A DNA stretch of 58,728 nt, taken from the IMG/VR virus record IMGVR_UViG_3300036760_000561, positions 1 through 58,728 of that record; one strand, 5' to 3'. The notes below the pieces were generated by a model that saw only the letters and a list, made by a program, of their open reading frames with translations, did no database searches and was not told the origin of the DNA. Shown piece by piece: positions 49,978-58,728 of this stretch; position 1 is the first letter of the stretch, and each line of letters starts with the position of its first letter. This DNA comes from a virus. Its lineage: Duplodnaviria; Caudoviricetes. Position numbers and translations under genes: made by a program.

Positions 49978-51726
49978 ATGCTTGTAACACGCGCAAAATT
50001 CGGGACCGCCCTAGAGGATTTAGGGCGGTTCCCCCGCCTCATTGTGGACACAGAGACCACAGGACTGAAAGTGTATCAACAGGACAGAGTGTGCGGTGTG
50101 GCGGTGTGGGGAGGGGAGGAGGAGGTTAGGCCGATGTACTTCCCCATTCGCCATGCAGAGGGGGAACATGAAGCGGAAAAGAACCTAACTCCGGACCAAT
50201 ACCGGAGTCTGATCGAAGCTTTGTCCGCCCCGGGAGTAATTCACACCGGGTGGAATTACAAATTCGATCTTGGGATGCTGCAGCGGGACGGGATGAAGGA
50301 ACCACATGCGGCGGAAGACGTGATGCTGGCAGCCCATTTGATGAATGAGAATGAGCCCAATTTCAAACTCAAAGAAACTGCCGCCCGCTACATTGACCCA
50401 CAGGCCGCAGCCGCCGAACGGGGACTGACAGAAATGTTGTCAGACCGAGGGATGACCAAGGGCGACATCTCACGTCTGCTGGCGGCTGAGGTGGAGCCCT
50501 ATGCCACACAGGATGTGGTGCTAACGGAGAGAATGCGGCAGGTTTACGTCACGGCTTTACGGGATTGGAAATTGCTCGATCTCTGGCAGGAAGTCAATGA
50601 GTACATGTTAGCGACGTATCGAATGGAACGTCACGGGTTAGCTCTTGACATCGATCTCATTCATGAGTACGTGAAAGAGGCCGCAGAGAAAGAGTCGGAC
50701 CTGTATAACAGGATTTGTGCCGCTGCCGGGTACTCAATCAATCCAAGAAGCTCCAAACAACTGCAAGCGTGGCTTGGTTTAGCCAGCACGGCTGAAGAAG
50801 TACTGGAAGAGATCGGGGAGGATCACCCCGAGGCGTTGCTGCTACGGGATTACCGAAAATGGGCGAAGGTGAGCAATACCTACTATCTCCCATGGTTGGA
50901 GAAATTGGGGGAGGACGGATTTCTTCATCCTAACTTTCTCCTCCACGGAACCATCTCGGGACGACCATCTTGCAACAGCCCGAATCTACAAGCGGTGCCG
51001 AGGAAGACTGAAATATACAAGGTAAAGGACGTGATCGTTGCTCGGCCCGGATACCGTCTGACGAACATGGACTACTCTCAAGCCGAGATTCGGCTGTTCG
51101 CCCATTACTCCGAGGATGCGATTTTAGCTGATATCTTTGAACGTGATGGGGACACCCATGGGGAGGTGGCTACGGCATTGGGCATTCCCAGGGATGCTGC
51201 CAAGAGGATCAACCTAGGGACGCAATACGGGTTAGGATCAGCGGGACTTGCTTCCAAACTCAAGATCCCGCTTTCTCTAGCCACGGAATACCTTGACCGG
51301 TACCACCGCGATCATCCGGGATCACGTCGTCTGTACTACCACATGCAGAGGAAGGCGGAGGATGTCAGATACATCCGCATGTGGACAGGACGGGTTAGAC
51401 GGTACAACTGTTCCAAGGCAGAACCCCATAAAGCTCTTTCCAATCTGATTCAGGGGGGAGTAGCTGAGGTTATGCGATACGCCATCACTTCCATTGACAG
51501 GATGGCGCGGGAGGGGCCTTTGACGGGAACTAGAATGCTGTTGCAGGTGCACGATTCTATTTTGTTCGAAACTCCAGAGGAGCGTACCGAAGAGTATCTC
51601 CCAATCATCCAAGGCATCATGCAAAATATCGGGGATTTCAGCGTTCCCCTCAGAGTGGATGTGATGACTGGAAATCGATGGGGAAAACTTGAACCATGGG
51701 GAGTTGTTCATGCCGAGACAGCATAG
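49978..51726 (+). CDS. Family A DNA polymerase with 3'-5' exonuclease, candidate DpoZ
   Basis: DTETTG, NYKFD, YATQD; motif A DYSQAEIR, motif B KRINLGTQYG, motif C VHDS. Confidence 0.92.
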   Translation: MLVTRAKFGTALEDLGRFPRLIVDTETTGLKVYQQDRVCGVAVWGGEEEVRPMYFPIRHAEGEHEAEKNLTPDQYRSLIEALSAPGVIHTGWNYKFDLGMLQRDGMKEPHAAEDVMLAAHLMNENEPNFKLKETAARYIDPQAAAAERGLTEMLSDRGMTKGDISRLLAAEVEPYATQDVVLTERMRQVYVTALRDWKLLDLWQEVNEYMLATYRMERHGLALDIDLIHEYVKEAAEKESDLYNRICAAAGYSINPRSSKQLQAWLGLASTAEEVLEEIGEDHPEALLLRDYRKWAKVSNTYYLPWLEKLGEDGFLHPNFLLHGTISGRPSCNSPNLQAVPRKTEIYKVKDVIVARPGYRLTNMDYSQAEIRLFAHYSEDAILADIFERDGDTHGEVATALGIPRDAAKRINLGTQYGLGSAGLASKLKIPLSLATEYLDRYHRDHPGSRRLYYHMQRKAEDVRYIRMWTGRVRRYNCSKAEPHKALSNLIQGGVAEVMRYAITSIDRMAREGPLTGTRMLLQVHDSILFETPEERTEEYLPIIQGIMQNIGDFSVPLRVDVMTGNRWGKLEPWGVVHAETA

Positions 51727-52798
51727 AGGAGACATTACAGCGGTTGTGGATGGGGCTTACGGGTCCTGCGGCAAGGGAGTCGTGGTTAACCATTTGGCCA
51801 AAAAATATGCAGTCCATGTCCGAGTCGGATCAGTTCAAGCGGGACACAGCCATTTCCATGCCGACACGGTATTCAAGCAGCAAGTGGTTCCAGTAGGATG
51901 GATTAACCCCAAAGCTCAACTGATAATCGGTCGTGGGGCCTTGGTCAGTTTCTCTCAACTGGTGAAGGAGGTCGAAGAAATTCTTCCTTATGATCCCTCA
52001 ATCCTAAAACGGCTCAAGATCGATTCTCGGGCCGGAGTTCTGGACGACCGGCACCACATGGAAGAAGGCGGGACAGGAGGGGACATGCACAAACGGATAG
52101 GGTCCACAGGCGAAGGAGTAGGAGCAGCCCGGATGGCTCGGATTCGTAGAGATTCCTCTTTCTTCAATCTGGCCTATCAATCGGCAGAGCTCTACGGAGG
52201 AGCTTTGTGGTCAGCTTCCGATTTGTTGATGGACAATGTGCACCATCTCATCCTCGGTGCTAGGGAAAGAGGAGAGAATACGCTGCTTGAGGGGGCACAG
52301 GGGGCTGGACTCAGTTTGATCCATGGGCCATGGCCTTATGTCACCAGTACCGACACCAACGCCTCACAGATGGCGGCGGATATCGGCCTTCCCCCGCGAT
52401 TCATAAACCGGACCGTTTTGGTGGTTAGAAGCCACCCGATAAGAGTAGCCGGGAATTCTGGCCCTCTCAAGAATGAAATCACATGGGCGGAGTTGTCCAA
52501 ACGACTAGGCAAAGAGGTTGAAGAGAAGACCACCGTTACCCGCAAGATCAGAAGGATAGGGGAGTGGGACGACGACCTTTTCATGGCGGCAGTTCGGATT
52601 AACGCTCCCACTTCTATCGCTCTCATGTTTGCCGACTACATTAACCCGGCTGACGAGGGAAAGACTCGATTTGGGGATCTGAGTGTCAAAACCAAGTCTT
52701 TCGTAAAATACCTAGAATCCATGTCCGGAGTCCCGGTTTCTCTCATCGGGACCGGGGGCCATGGCTGGAAAATCGTAGACCGGGGAATCAGACTATGA
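51710..52798 (+). CDS. purZ: PurZ/PurZ0-like 2-amino-deoxyadenylosuccinate synthetase
   Basis: PurA fold with GSCGKG (Ser for the PurA Asp), HPIRV, TTVTRKIRR, MFADY. Confidence 0.8.
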   Translation: MPRQHRGDITAVVDGAYGSCGKGVVVNHLAKKYAVHVRVGSVQAGHSHFHADTVFKQQVVPVGWINPKAQLIIGRGALVSFSQLVKEVEEILPYDPSILKRLKIDSRAGVLDDRHHMEEGGTGGDMHKRIGSTGEGVGAARMARIRRDSSFFNLAYQSAELYGGALWSASDLLMDNVHHLILGARERGENTLLEGAQGAGLSLIHGPWPYVTSTDTNASQMAADIGLPPRFINRTVLVVRSHPIRVAGNSGPLKNEITWAELSKRLGKEVEEKTTVTRKIRRIGEWDDDLFMAAVRINAPTSIALMFADYINPADEGKTRFGDLSVKTKSFVKYLESMSGVPVSLIGTGGHGWKIVDRGIRL

Positions 52799-53220
52799 TG
52801 GACAACGTGACACTGTATTGGACCGGCGAGGGGGAGAGACCAACCAAGTCCCATCCCGGGGATGCTGGATGGGACCTGTTCTCATTCGACACGTTTGCCG
52901 TAGGCCCCAAATCGTTGTCCGACATCAGAACCGGAGTATCTGTTGCTCTGCCCCACGGGTATTACGGCCATATTATGGGCAGAAGTTCCACTTTCAGGGT
53001 CCATCAATTGCAGGTCATCGAGGCCGTCATAGATTCAGGATATCGGGGAGAACTCTTCTTCCAAGTGTATAACCCGGGAGAACACACAGTCCACGTTGAC
53101 AAAGGACGCAGATTGGCTCAGCTGATTATTCTCCCGGTTCCCTCTGTGGAATGGTGCAGAGTACAAGACCTAACTTCTAGTTCGAGGGGGGACCGTGGCT
53201 TCGGAAGTTCCGGGAAATAG
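52795..53220 (+). CDS. dut: Trimeric dUTPase-fold protein
   Basis: AGWDL, GRSS, VIDSGYRGE, RLAQL, RGDRGFGSSG. Confidence 0.85.
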   Translation: MMDNVTLYWTGEGERPTKSHPGDAGWDLFSFDTFAVGPKSLSDIRTGVSVALPHGYYGHIMGRSSTFRVHQLQVIEAVIDSGYRGELFFQVYNPGEHTVHVDKGRRLAQLIILPVPSVEWCRVQDLTSSSRGDRGFGSSGK

Positions 53221-53521
53221 CGCTGCCAAGAATGACGGGGGCAAACTCAGATTTGATCTCATTCCGGTCTTACCGCTGGAAGAGTTGGTTTTCACCATCA
53301 CTCTAGGAGCCAACAAGTACGGGGATCGAGATTGGGAAAGAGGAATGCCCTACGGGAGAATGTTTGCCGCTATGTTGCGACACGCGTGGGCATGGTGGAA
53401 GGGGGAATCTCGGGATTTTGAAGACAGAAATCACCATCTGGCCGCTGTGGCGTTTTGTGCTCTGGCTCTCATGGAATTGGAACGTACTCATCCCGAGATG
53501 GACGACAGGCCAAAGTTATGA
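53195..53521 (+). CDS. dATP/dGTP diphosphohydrolase-domain protein
   Basis: KNDGGKLRFDLIP...GANKYG..DWERG...RH...HLA. Confidence 0.8.
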   Translation: MASEVPGNSAAKNDGGKLRFDLIPVLPLEELVFTITLGANKYGDRDWERGMPYGRMFAAMLRHAWAWWKGESRDFEDRNHHLAAVAFCALALMELERTHPEMDDRPKL

Positions 53522-54030
53522 GGATAGGGACGCGTTCTCTCCTCTTCGGCGCCCATCAATTCGTTCTTCATCCCTTGATGGTGGCAATTGCATGGAACAG
53601 ATTGTACGGTTTCCCGTGGGATCCCCGACTGTGGGTTTCTTTCTTTGTACACGATTGGGGCTATTGGAGATGCCCCAATATGGACGGACCCGAGGGGGAA
53701 CTTCATCCATTCCGAGGAGCCGCTATTGTCAAAAAGCTGTTCGGCACTCGATGGGGGCAATTCACTCTTCTACACTCCCGGACTACGGCGAAGATGCTGG
53801 GACAGCCGGTATCTGATCTTTGCGCGGCTGATAAACTGGCCGTGGCGCTGCTCCCGTGGTGGGTGTACGTCCCAATGGTAAGAGTTACTGGTGAAATCCG
53901 GGAGTACAAACGAGTCTCTAAACATGTCAAGCAGACCGGTTGGATAGATCAACAGATCAGCTGGGAATCAGACATCGAATGGTTCAGGGTTTTGCAGAAG
54001 GACCTTCTCAGACGGGATCGATCCCCATGA
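53518..54030 (+). CDS. HD-domain phosphohydrolase-like protein
   Basis: LHP...VHDWG...HP...LHS...ADKL. Confidence 0.6.
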   Translation: MRIGTRSLLFGAHQFVLHPLMVAIAWNRLYGFPWDPRLWVSFFVHDWGYWRCPNMDGPEGELHPFRGAAIVKKLFGTRWGQFTLLHSRTTAKMLGQPVSDLCAADKLAVALLPWWVYVPMVRVTGEIREYKRVSKHVKQTGWIDQQISWESDIEWFRVLQKDLLRRDRSP

Positions 54031-54323
54031 GCCCACTTGAAACTTCCATCACTTCGACTATCCTAAAACGCTTGAGAAATCGGGGAGTGGAGATAATCAA
54101 AGTCCACGTGACAGCATACATGAGAACCGGAGAGCCCGATCTTCTCGGTTGTCTTCCCCCGTCTGGACGCACCGTGGCATTGGAAGTTAAACAGCCCGGA
54201 AAGAAGGCCACCCCCGTTCAACAGATGAGATTGATGATGTGGGAAAAGGCGGGAGCCATAACTGGAACTGTCCACTCCGCAGACGAAGCTGAGATGCTGG
54301 TGTTTGGTGATTTACAAAACTGA
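54027..54323 (+). CDS. VRR-NUC nuclease
   Basis: GEPDL...LEVKQPG...TPVQ. Confidence 0.85.
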   Translation: MSPLETSITSTILKRLRNRGVEIIKVHVTAYMRTGEPDLLGCLPPSGRTVALEVKQPGKKATPVQQMRLMMWEKAGAITGTVHSADEAEMLVFGDLQN

Positions 54324-55707
54324 ACCATGGCTGCATCAGCAACAAGCCTTTGACTATGCTTTTCCCCGGAATCACACCATGTTGGCTATGGCTCCGAGGA
54401 CCGGGAAATCAAAGGTCACCATCGATTTGATAATGAATTGGGGGGCCAAGCGAATCCTGATTCTCTGTCCCCGATTTGTTGCTTCAGTGTGGGTTGACCA
54501 ATTCAATCGACATTGGCACCCCGAGGCGGGGGAAGTAACGGTCATCCTGTTGTCTGCTCAGCAAGGAAAATCCTTGCCGATCTCAAAACGGATACAACTG
54601 GCCGAAGAGTCGCTGTCTCATTGTAGTGCAGACGTTGTGATGGTGTTTGTTGTAAATTACGACATCGCTTGGAGGCCCATTTTTACTTCATGGGCGTTAA
54701 AACAACATTGGGACGTGGTGGGATGTGATGAGTCTCATCGAATCAAGGCCCCCGGGGGAAAGTCGTCAAGAGCTATTTTTAATATCGGCAGGACCGCCAT
54801 TCATCGGTTATGCCTGACGGGCACTCCAATGGCCCATTCTCCTTTGGATATCTATGGGCAGTACCGGTTTATGGATTCCACGGTGTTCGGAACCAATTTT
54901 TCTCGATTTAGGTCCCGATACGCCGTTATGGGGGGATTCATGATGCGACAAGTGATCGGGTATCAAAATGAGGGAGAACTGAATTCGAAGTTTTATCAAC
55001 ACTCTTTCCGTGTGCGATCTGAGGATGTGCTAGATATTCCGGACAATCTCCCCCCTGACATTCGAGAAACCGCACTGGAACCGTCATCCGCCAAAATTTA
55101 CCGCGATTTAAAAAAGAGCTTTTCTGCTGGAGTTCTCAATGGGACTGTGACAGTAGCCAACGCCTTAACTAAGATCGTCAGGTTCCAGCAGATCACCAGT
55201 GGATTCATCAAGACCGATGACGGGATAGAGCAAAATCTGGGAGAAGAGAAGATCACGATGTTTCATGACAGCATGAAAGACCTAGAGGAACAGGAGCCAG
55301 TAGTAGTGTATGCTCGATTTACCCGAGATCTTGACCGGTTGGCTGGGCTCCTAAGTACGCTGGGGGAGTCTTTTTCTCGTTGCTACGATGGCGTGGACGA
55401 AGTGAAAGAATGGGAGTCCGGTGGAAGTAGATTCCTTCTTGCCCAGATCAAATCCGCCGCAGAGGGAAGGGATTTTGTAAGATCGAGAGTGGTCATCTAT
55501 TACAGTTTGACCCATTCCTTAACCGACTACATTCAGAGTAGAGAACGGGTACGAGGGCCGGATCAGAAAAGAAGAGTTCTGTACATCCATCTCATGGTGG
55601 AGAATTCCATCGATTGGAAAATACTCCGATCTCTGGAGTCCCATGAAGAAGTCATTGAAGGTGTGTTGCGTCAGACCAAAGAGGAGGAATCAGAGACTCC
55701 ATCCTAA
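54304..55707 (+). CDS. SNF2-type superfamily II helicase
   Basis: PRTGKS, DESHRIK, LTGTP, QSRERV. Confidence 0.88.
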   Translation: MVIYKTEPWLHQQQAFDYAFPRNHTMLAMAPRTGKSKVTIDLIMNWGAKRILILCPRFVASVWVDQFNRHWHPEAGEVTVILLSAQQGKSLPISKRIQLAEESLSHCSADVVMVFVVNYDIAWRPIFTSWALKQHWDVVGCDESHRIKAPGGKSSRAIFNIGRTAIHRLCLTGTPMAHSPLDIYGQYRFMDSTVFGTNFSRFRSRYAVMGGFMMRQVIGYQNEGELNSKFYQHSFRVRSEDVLDIPDNLPPDIRETALEPSSAKIYRDLKKSFSAGVLNGTVTVANALTKIVRFQQITSGFIKTDDGIEQNLGEEKITMFHDSMKDLEEQEPVVVYARFTRDLDRLAGLLSTLGESFSRCYDGVDEVKEWESGGSRFLLAQIKSAAEGRDFVRSRVVIYYSLTHSLTDYIQSRERVRGPDQKRRVLYIHLMVENSIDWKILRSLESHEEVIEGVLRQTKEEESETPS

Positions 55708-56313
55708 CCCGAAGAACAAGCCCCCTCCTACTTGTTTATTTGCATTTATGTACAGCCCCGCTCCCATGATCGTGCTGGGAGGATTTAGTATCCCAAGCCA
55801 TTTTTTGGGCCTGAGGGGCTCCAAGGGAGCACTGATCACCAGACGTTTTAATCTAGCGTTCATCGAATCCAAGCTTCTGATTGCCACACGAGCAGTGTCC
55901 AGAGATAACCGTAATTCTGATATCGAAGTCTTTCTTTGGTTGGCCAGTGACTCAGCGGTGTCGGCTCTTTCTCCCTCCAGTTCGATTAAAGACACCAAGA
56001 TGGGTATCGAGTCCAAAGCTTGGGTCAGATGTCCAAGGGAGTCCTTGAGGATCTTTCCGGAATAGCGAAGGTTGATCAATCGCTGTTCCACGGTTCTCCG
56101 CATGAATTCAGCCGTGTCCACTGCAACAGCTGCAGCCGCAAGAAAGCTATCTTGTTTTTTTATCCACAGGTGAAGTGAATCGTTGGATATCAGAATCCCC
56201 CTGACTTCGGCCTTCCACTTTATTTGCTCCGTTGAGAAATGGTGGCGCATCCAAATGGCGTATACAATTATCGCCATTAGTGCCACAATCAGGTACGACA
56301 AAGGTTTCTTCAT
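55690..56313 (-). CDS. TM plus coiled-coil protein with C-terminal beta signal, spanin-like
   Basis: N-terminal TM, coiled coil, ends GGGLFFGLGWSL. Confidence 0.55.
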   Translation of the reverse strand: MKKPLSYLIVALMAIIVYAIWMRHHFSTEQIKWKAEVRGILISNDSLHLWIKKQDSFLAAAAVAVDTAEFMRRTVEQRLINLRYSGKILKDSLGHLTQALDSIPILVSLIELEGERADTAESLANQRKTSISELRLSLDTARVAIRSLDSMNARLKRLVISAPLEPLRPKKWLGILNPPSTIMGAGLYINANKQVGGGLFFGLGWSL

Positions 56314-56541
56314 TAGGAACCTCGAATAGTTTATAGAGATCTTGCTGTATGGACACCACAGATCGAATCACCGCTGCTCGTCTTCCCCATTTGAATAAAG
56401 CCTGAGAGGTTGCCCTATCCCTGTCGTCGGCCTGCACTCTCCCCAGAATCCGATAAATTGGAGAAGGGACAGGGCCATGCCCCCTCTTTTGTTTTAGGGT
56501 TTTGGCATAGTTGATTCGTTCAAATACCGCCCACCAGACGC

Positions 56542-56868
56542 TCATATAATTGGCTGGGTTTGCAGGGACAACGTGGGCTCCCAGTATCCATGGACGCCAC
56601 TACACACCGCTGTCACCCGCAGAATATACGTTCCGGTAGACGACAACGTAATGTTATAGGGCAAGGTGCCACGCCAGAGACCTGTACTCGCGGCCACATA
56701 GGACAAACTAATAGCCGATCCGCTAATCACCGCCGCCGCGACGGTATCGTACACATCCGCCGTGATCGTGCCGGTCGTGACGTACGTGCCGACAGGATCG
56801 CTAGCAAATCGAAGGGATCGAAGTTCCACGAGTGTGTCGTTGAGCTTAAAGAAAATCAGTGCTTGCAT
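56542..56868 (-). CDS. Small Ig-like beta protein (accessory virion block)
   Basis: RBS GAGGA; beta-rich; follows the repeat protein. Confidence 0.55.
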   Translation of the reverse strand: MQALIFFKLNDTLVELRSLRFASDPVGTYVTTGTITADVYDTVAAAVISGSAISLSYVAASTGLWRGTLPYNITLSSTGTYILRVTAVCSGVHGYWEPTLSLQTQPII

Positions 56869-56877
56869 GGTGTCCTC

Positions 56878-58728
56878 TCAAGGTTTTAAGGCCCCGGTTT
56901 CACCGAAGGGGGGTCGCGTAACCACGTTTCCATTCAGCGCCGGTATGATGTTTGGTTGCCCCAACATCGCCGGGAGCGTCACCGGGATCACCCCCAACGC
57001 CGAGACGGTATTGAGAGGAGAGAGGAGGCTCGGCACTGTGACCACAAATCCCAATAGGGCGTCGTAGCGAGGGAAAGCTATCAGCCCCTCGTCACACACG
57101 GCCTGTGGAGGGGGTGTCGGCCACAGACGCGGGGACGGCCAGACGGTTCCGTCGTGTTCCTCAACCGTGGACAGCGAGCTGACAGCATTGCCATCGTCCC
57201 ACCACAACATTGTGACGTTCGACGGCGACACGCTCGCCGGGGAAAGCCACCCTTCCTCGTCCACCGCGAGTGACGGAACAAAATCTTCATCTGGCGGGGG
57301 CAGCCACAGTGACTGGGCAGCCCAGATTGGACGGTGGAGTACGCTCGCGTCGTCCTCAACAACGCTAACGATGATTGGGTCATCCCATGGCGTGAACAGC
57401 GTATTTTGGGCACTTGCCGTTGGGACAACGGGCCATCCCGTCGCGTCGTCGTCTACCGCAACATTGAGATGCAGGTTGCCGAGGTCGTTCCCCTCATCCA
57501 GCCGCGCCTGCACCGAAGGCACCGGCCAGAGGGCCGGGGTCGGAGTAACCAGTAGATAATCTTCGTCGGTGCCAATCGTCGGGGTCGGAGCTACCCACGT
57601 TTCCTCAATCGCCACGGCCTGACATGGCGGCACCGGCCAGAGGTCGGGGCGAGGGCGGGGTCCGGGGAAGTCCTCGTCGCGCAGCCATGATAGATCGTTT
57701 CCAGCATCTATGGTGGCCTGTAGCGGCGGCGTCCACGACAACTGCGGTTGCGGCTGCGGGCCGGACGGCTCCTCATCAATCGCGGGATTGAGATGGAGGT
57801 TCCCCATGTCCATGCCGCTGTCGGCCATCGCCTGAACGGGCGGCACCAGACAGAGCGCGGGTGCGGGCAGGACCAGGAGATAGTCCTCATCCGTCCCGAT
57901 GAACGTCGGTGGGGTAACCCAATCCTCGTCAATCGCCCGCGCTTGGGGCGGGGGCACCGTCCAGAGTTCGGGCCGGGGCAACGGCCCCGCGAAATCCTCA
58001 TCAACGCTCGGGAAGAGGTGCAGGTTGCCAAGCGCCATCCCGTCGTCGGTGAGCGCCTGCGGCGGGGGCACCGTCCAGAGCAACGGCGCGGGCAGAACAA
58101 TCGGATGGTCCTCGTCGGTCCCAATGGACAGTGGGGGCGCGACCCAATTCTCCTCTAGCGCCGTCGCCTGCAGCGGGGGAACCGACCACAAGACGGGAGC
58201 GGGCAGCGGCCCCGTAAAGTCTTCATCTACCGTTGGAAGCGCGTGAAGGTTTCCGAGGCTGTTGCCGTCATCCACCATCGCCTGTGGCGGGGGCACCGGC
58301 CAGAGCAACGGCGCGGCGACCGGGCCGGGGAAGTCCTCGTCAACGGTCGGGAATAGGTGCAGGTTGCCGAGGTCATTCCCATCGTCCGTCGCCGCCTGCC
58401 CCGAACGCGCCTCCGGCCACACCAGCCCCACCGGGGGCGCATCGTCCTCCACCGTCGCCGTGACCGGAGGCGCGTAGTCGCCCTCCTCGAAGATCGGCAG
58501 CCGTCCCCATGGAATCGGCGGCGGCACCACCGGCTGCAGCCCCTCCGGTTCCTCCAATGGCAAGTAGGTGCCGCGCCCCTGCGAGGGCGTCCACCGACTC
58601 ACGACCCACGGATTCTCAAAACGTCGGAGCGGCGGGCCGGGGTTGTCGTCGGGCGTCCACGCGAGGTCGTTGCCGTCGTGCCGTTCGGCCTGCAGCGGCG
58701 GTGTCCACCAGAGTTGCGGGGCGGGCAG
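56878..58728 (-). CDS. C-terminal part of the Pro/Asp-rich repeat protein
   Basis: Frame open to the window end (LPAPQLWWTPP...); 33-38 aa DED repeats. Confidence 0.85.
   Translation of the reverse strand: MPAPQLWWTPPLQAERHDGNDLAWTPDDNPGPPLRRFENPWVVSRWTPSQGRGTYLPLEEPEGLQPVVPPPIPWGRLPIFEEGDYAPPVTATVEDDAPPVGLVWPEARSGQAATDDGNDLGNLHLFPTVDEDFPGPVAAPLLWPVPPPQAMVDDGNSLGNLHALPTVDEDFTGPLPAPVLWSVPPLQATALEENWVAPPLSIGTDEDHPIVLPAPLLWTVPPPQALTDDGMALGNLHLFPSVDEDFAGPLPRPELWTVPPPQARAIDEDWVTPPTFIGTDEDYLLVLPAPALCLVPPVQAMADSGMDMGNLHLNPAIDEEPSGPQPQPQLSWTPPLQATIDAGNDLSWLRDEDFPGPRPRPDLWPVPPCQAVAIEETWVAPTPTIGTDEDYLLVTPTPALWPVPSVQARLDEGNDLGNLHLNVAVDDDATGWPVVPTASAQNTLFTPWDDPIIVSVVEDDASVLHRPIWAAQSLWLPPPDEDFVPSLAVDEEGWLSPASVSPSNVTMLWWDDGNAVSSLSTVEEHDGTVWPSPRLWPTPPPQAVCDEGLIAFPRYDALLGFVVTVPSLLSPLNTVSALGVIPVTLPAMLGQPNIIPALNGNVVTRPPFGETGALKP
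58539..58728. repeat. Terminal near-duplicate of 1-190
   Basis: 186 of 190 positions identical. Confidence 0.95.

Noticed and set aside
51710-52798. Ordinary purA auxiliary metabolic gene
   Set aside because: Catalytic Asp is replaced by Ser, HPIRV is present, and the gene sits between a polymerase and dNTP hydrolases
56147-56545. 132-aa minus-strand ORF as a confident gene
   Set aside because: Start is coupled to the upstream gene, but it overlaps the next gene by 167 bp and has no recognisable motif; left uncalled
58539-58728. True direct terminal repeat, or DGR template/variable repeat pair with 1-190
   Set aside because: Lies mid-gene at contig ends; mismatches are synonymous and not all at adenines; no reverse transcriptase found

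Overview
The window is a near-complete genome of a long-tailed (siphovirus-like) dsDNA phage. I found no integrase, tRNA or CRISPR array. Both contig ends fall inside one Pro/Asp-rich repeat gene, where 1-190 nearly duplicates 58539-58728. The minus strand carries terminase, portal, MuF, head, tail, lysis and accessory virion genes (32120 down to 1, then 58728 down to 55690). The plus strand carries early genes and a replication module (39711-55707). Three things stand out. (1) A candidate 2-aminoadenine (Z-genome) cluster: family A polymerase, PurZ/PurZ0-like synthetase, dUTPase-fold protein, dATP/dGTP diphosphohydrolase and an HD protein. (2) Five sigma70-like promoters with a normal -35 box and an exact 17-nt spacer whose -10 hexamer has no adenine (TTTCTT or TTTTTT). 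This may be an adaptation to transcribing Z-DNA. (3) A head-region effector cassette in which a recurring K-(E)-W-x-E-S-x-H-P-R...G-[KR]-F tag precedes GNAT, ADP-ribosyltransferase and zeta-like kinase domains, with the ART domain frameshifted at a G9 tract. All functional calls come from motif recognition by eye; no searches were run.
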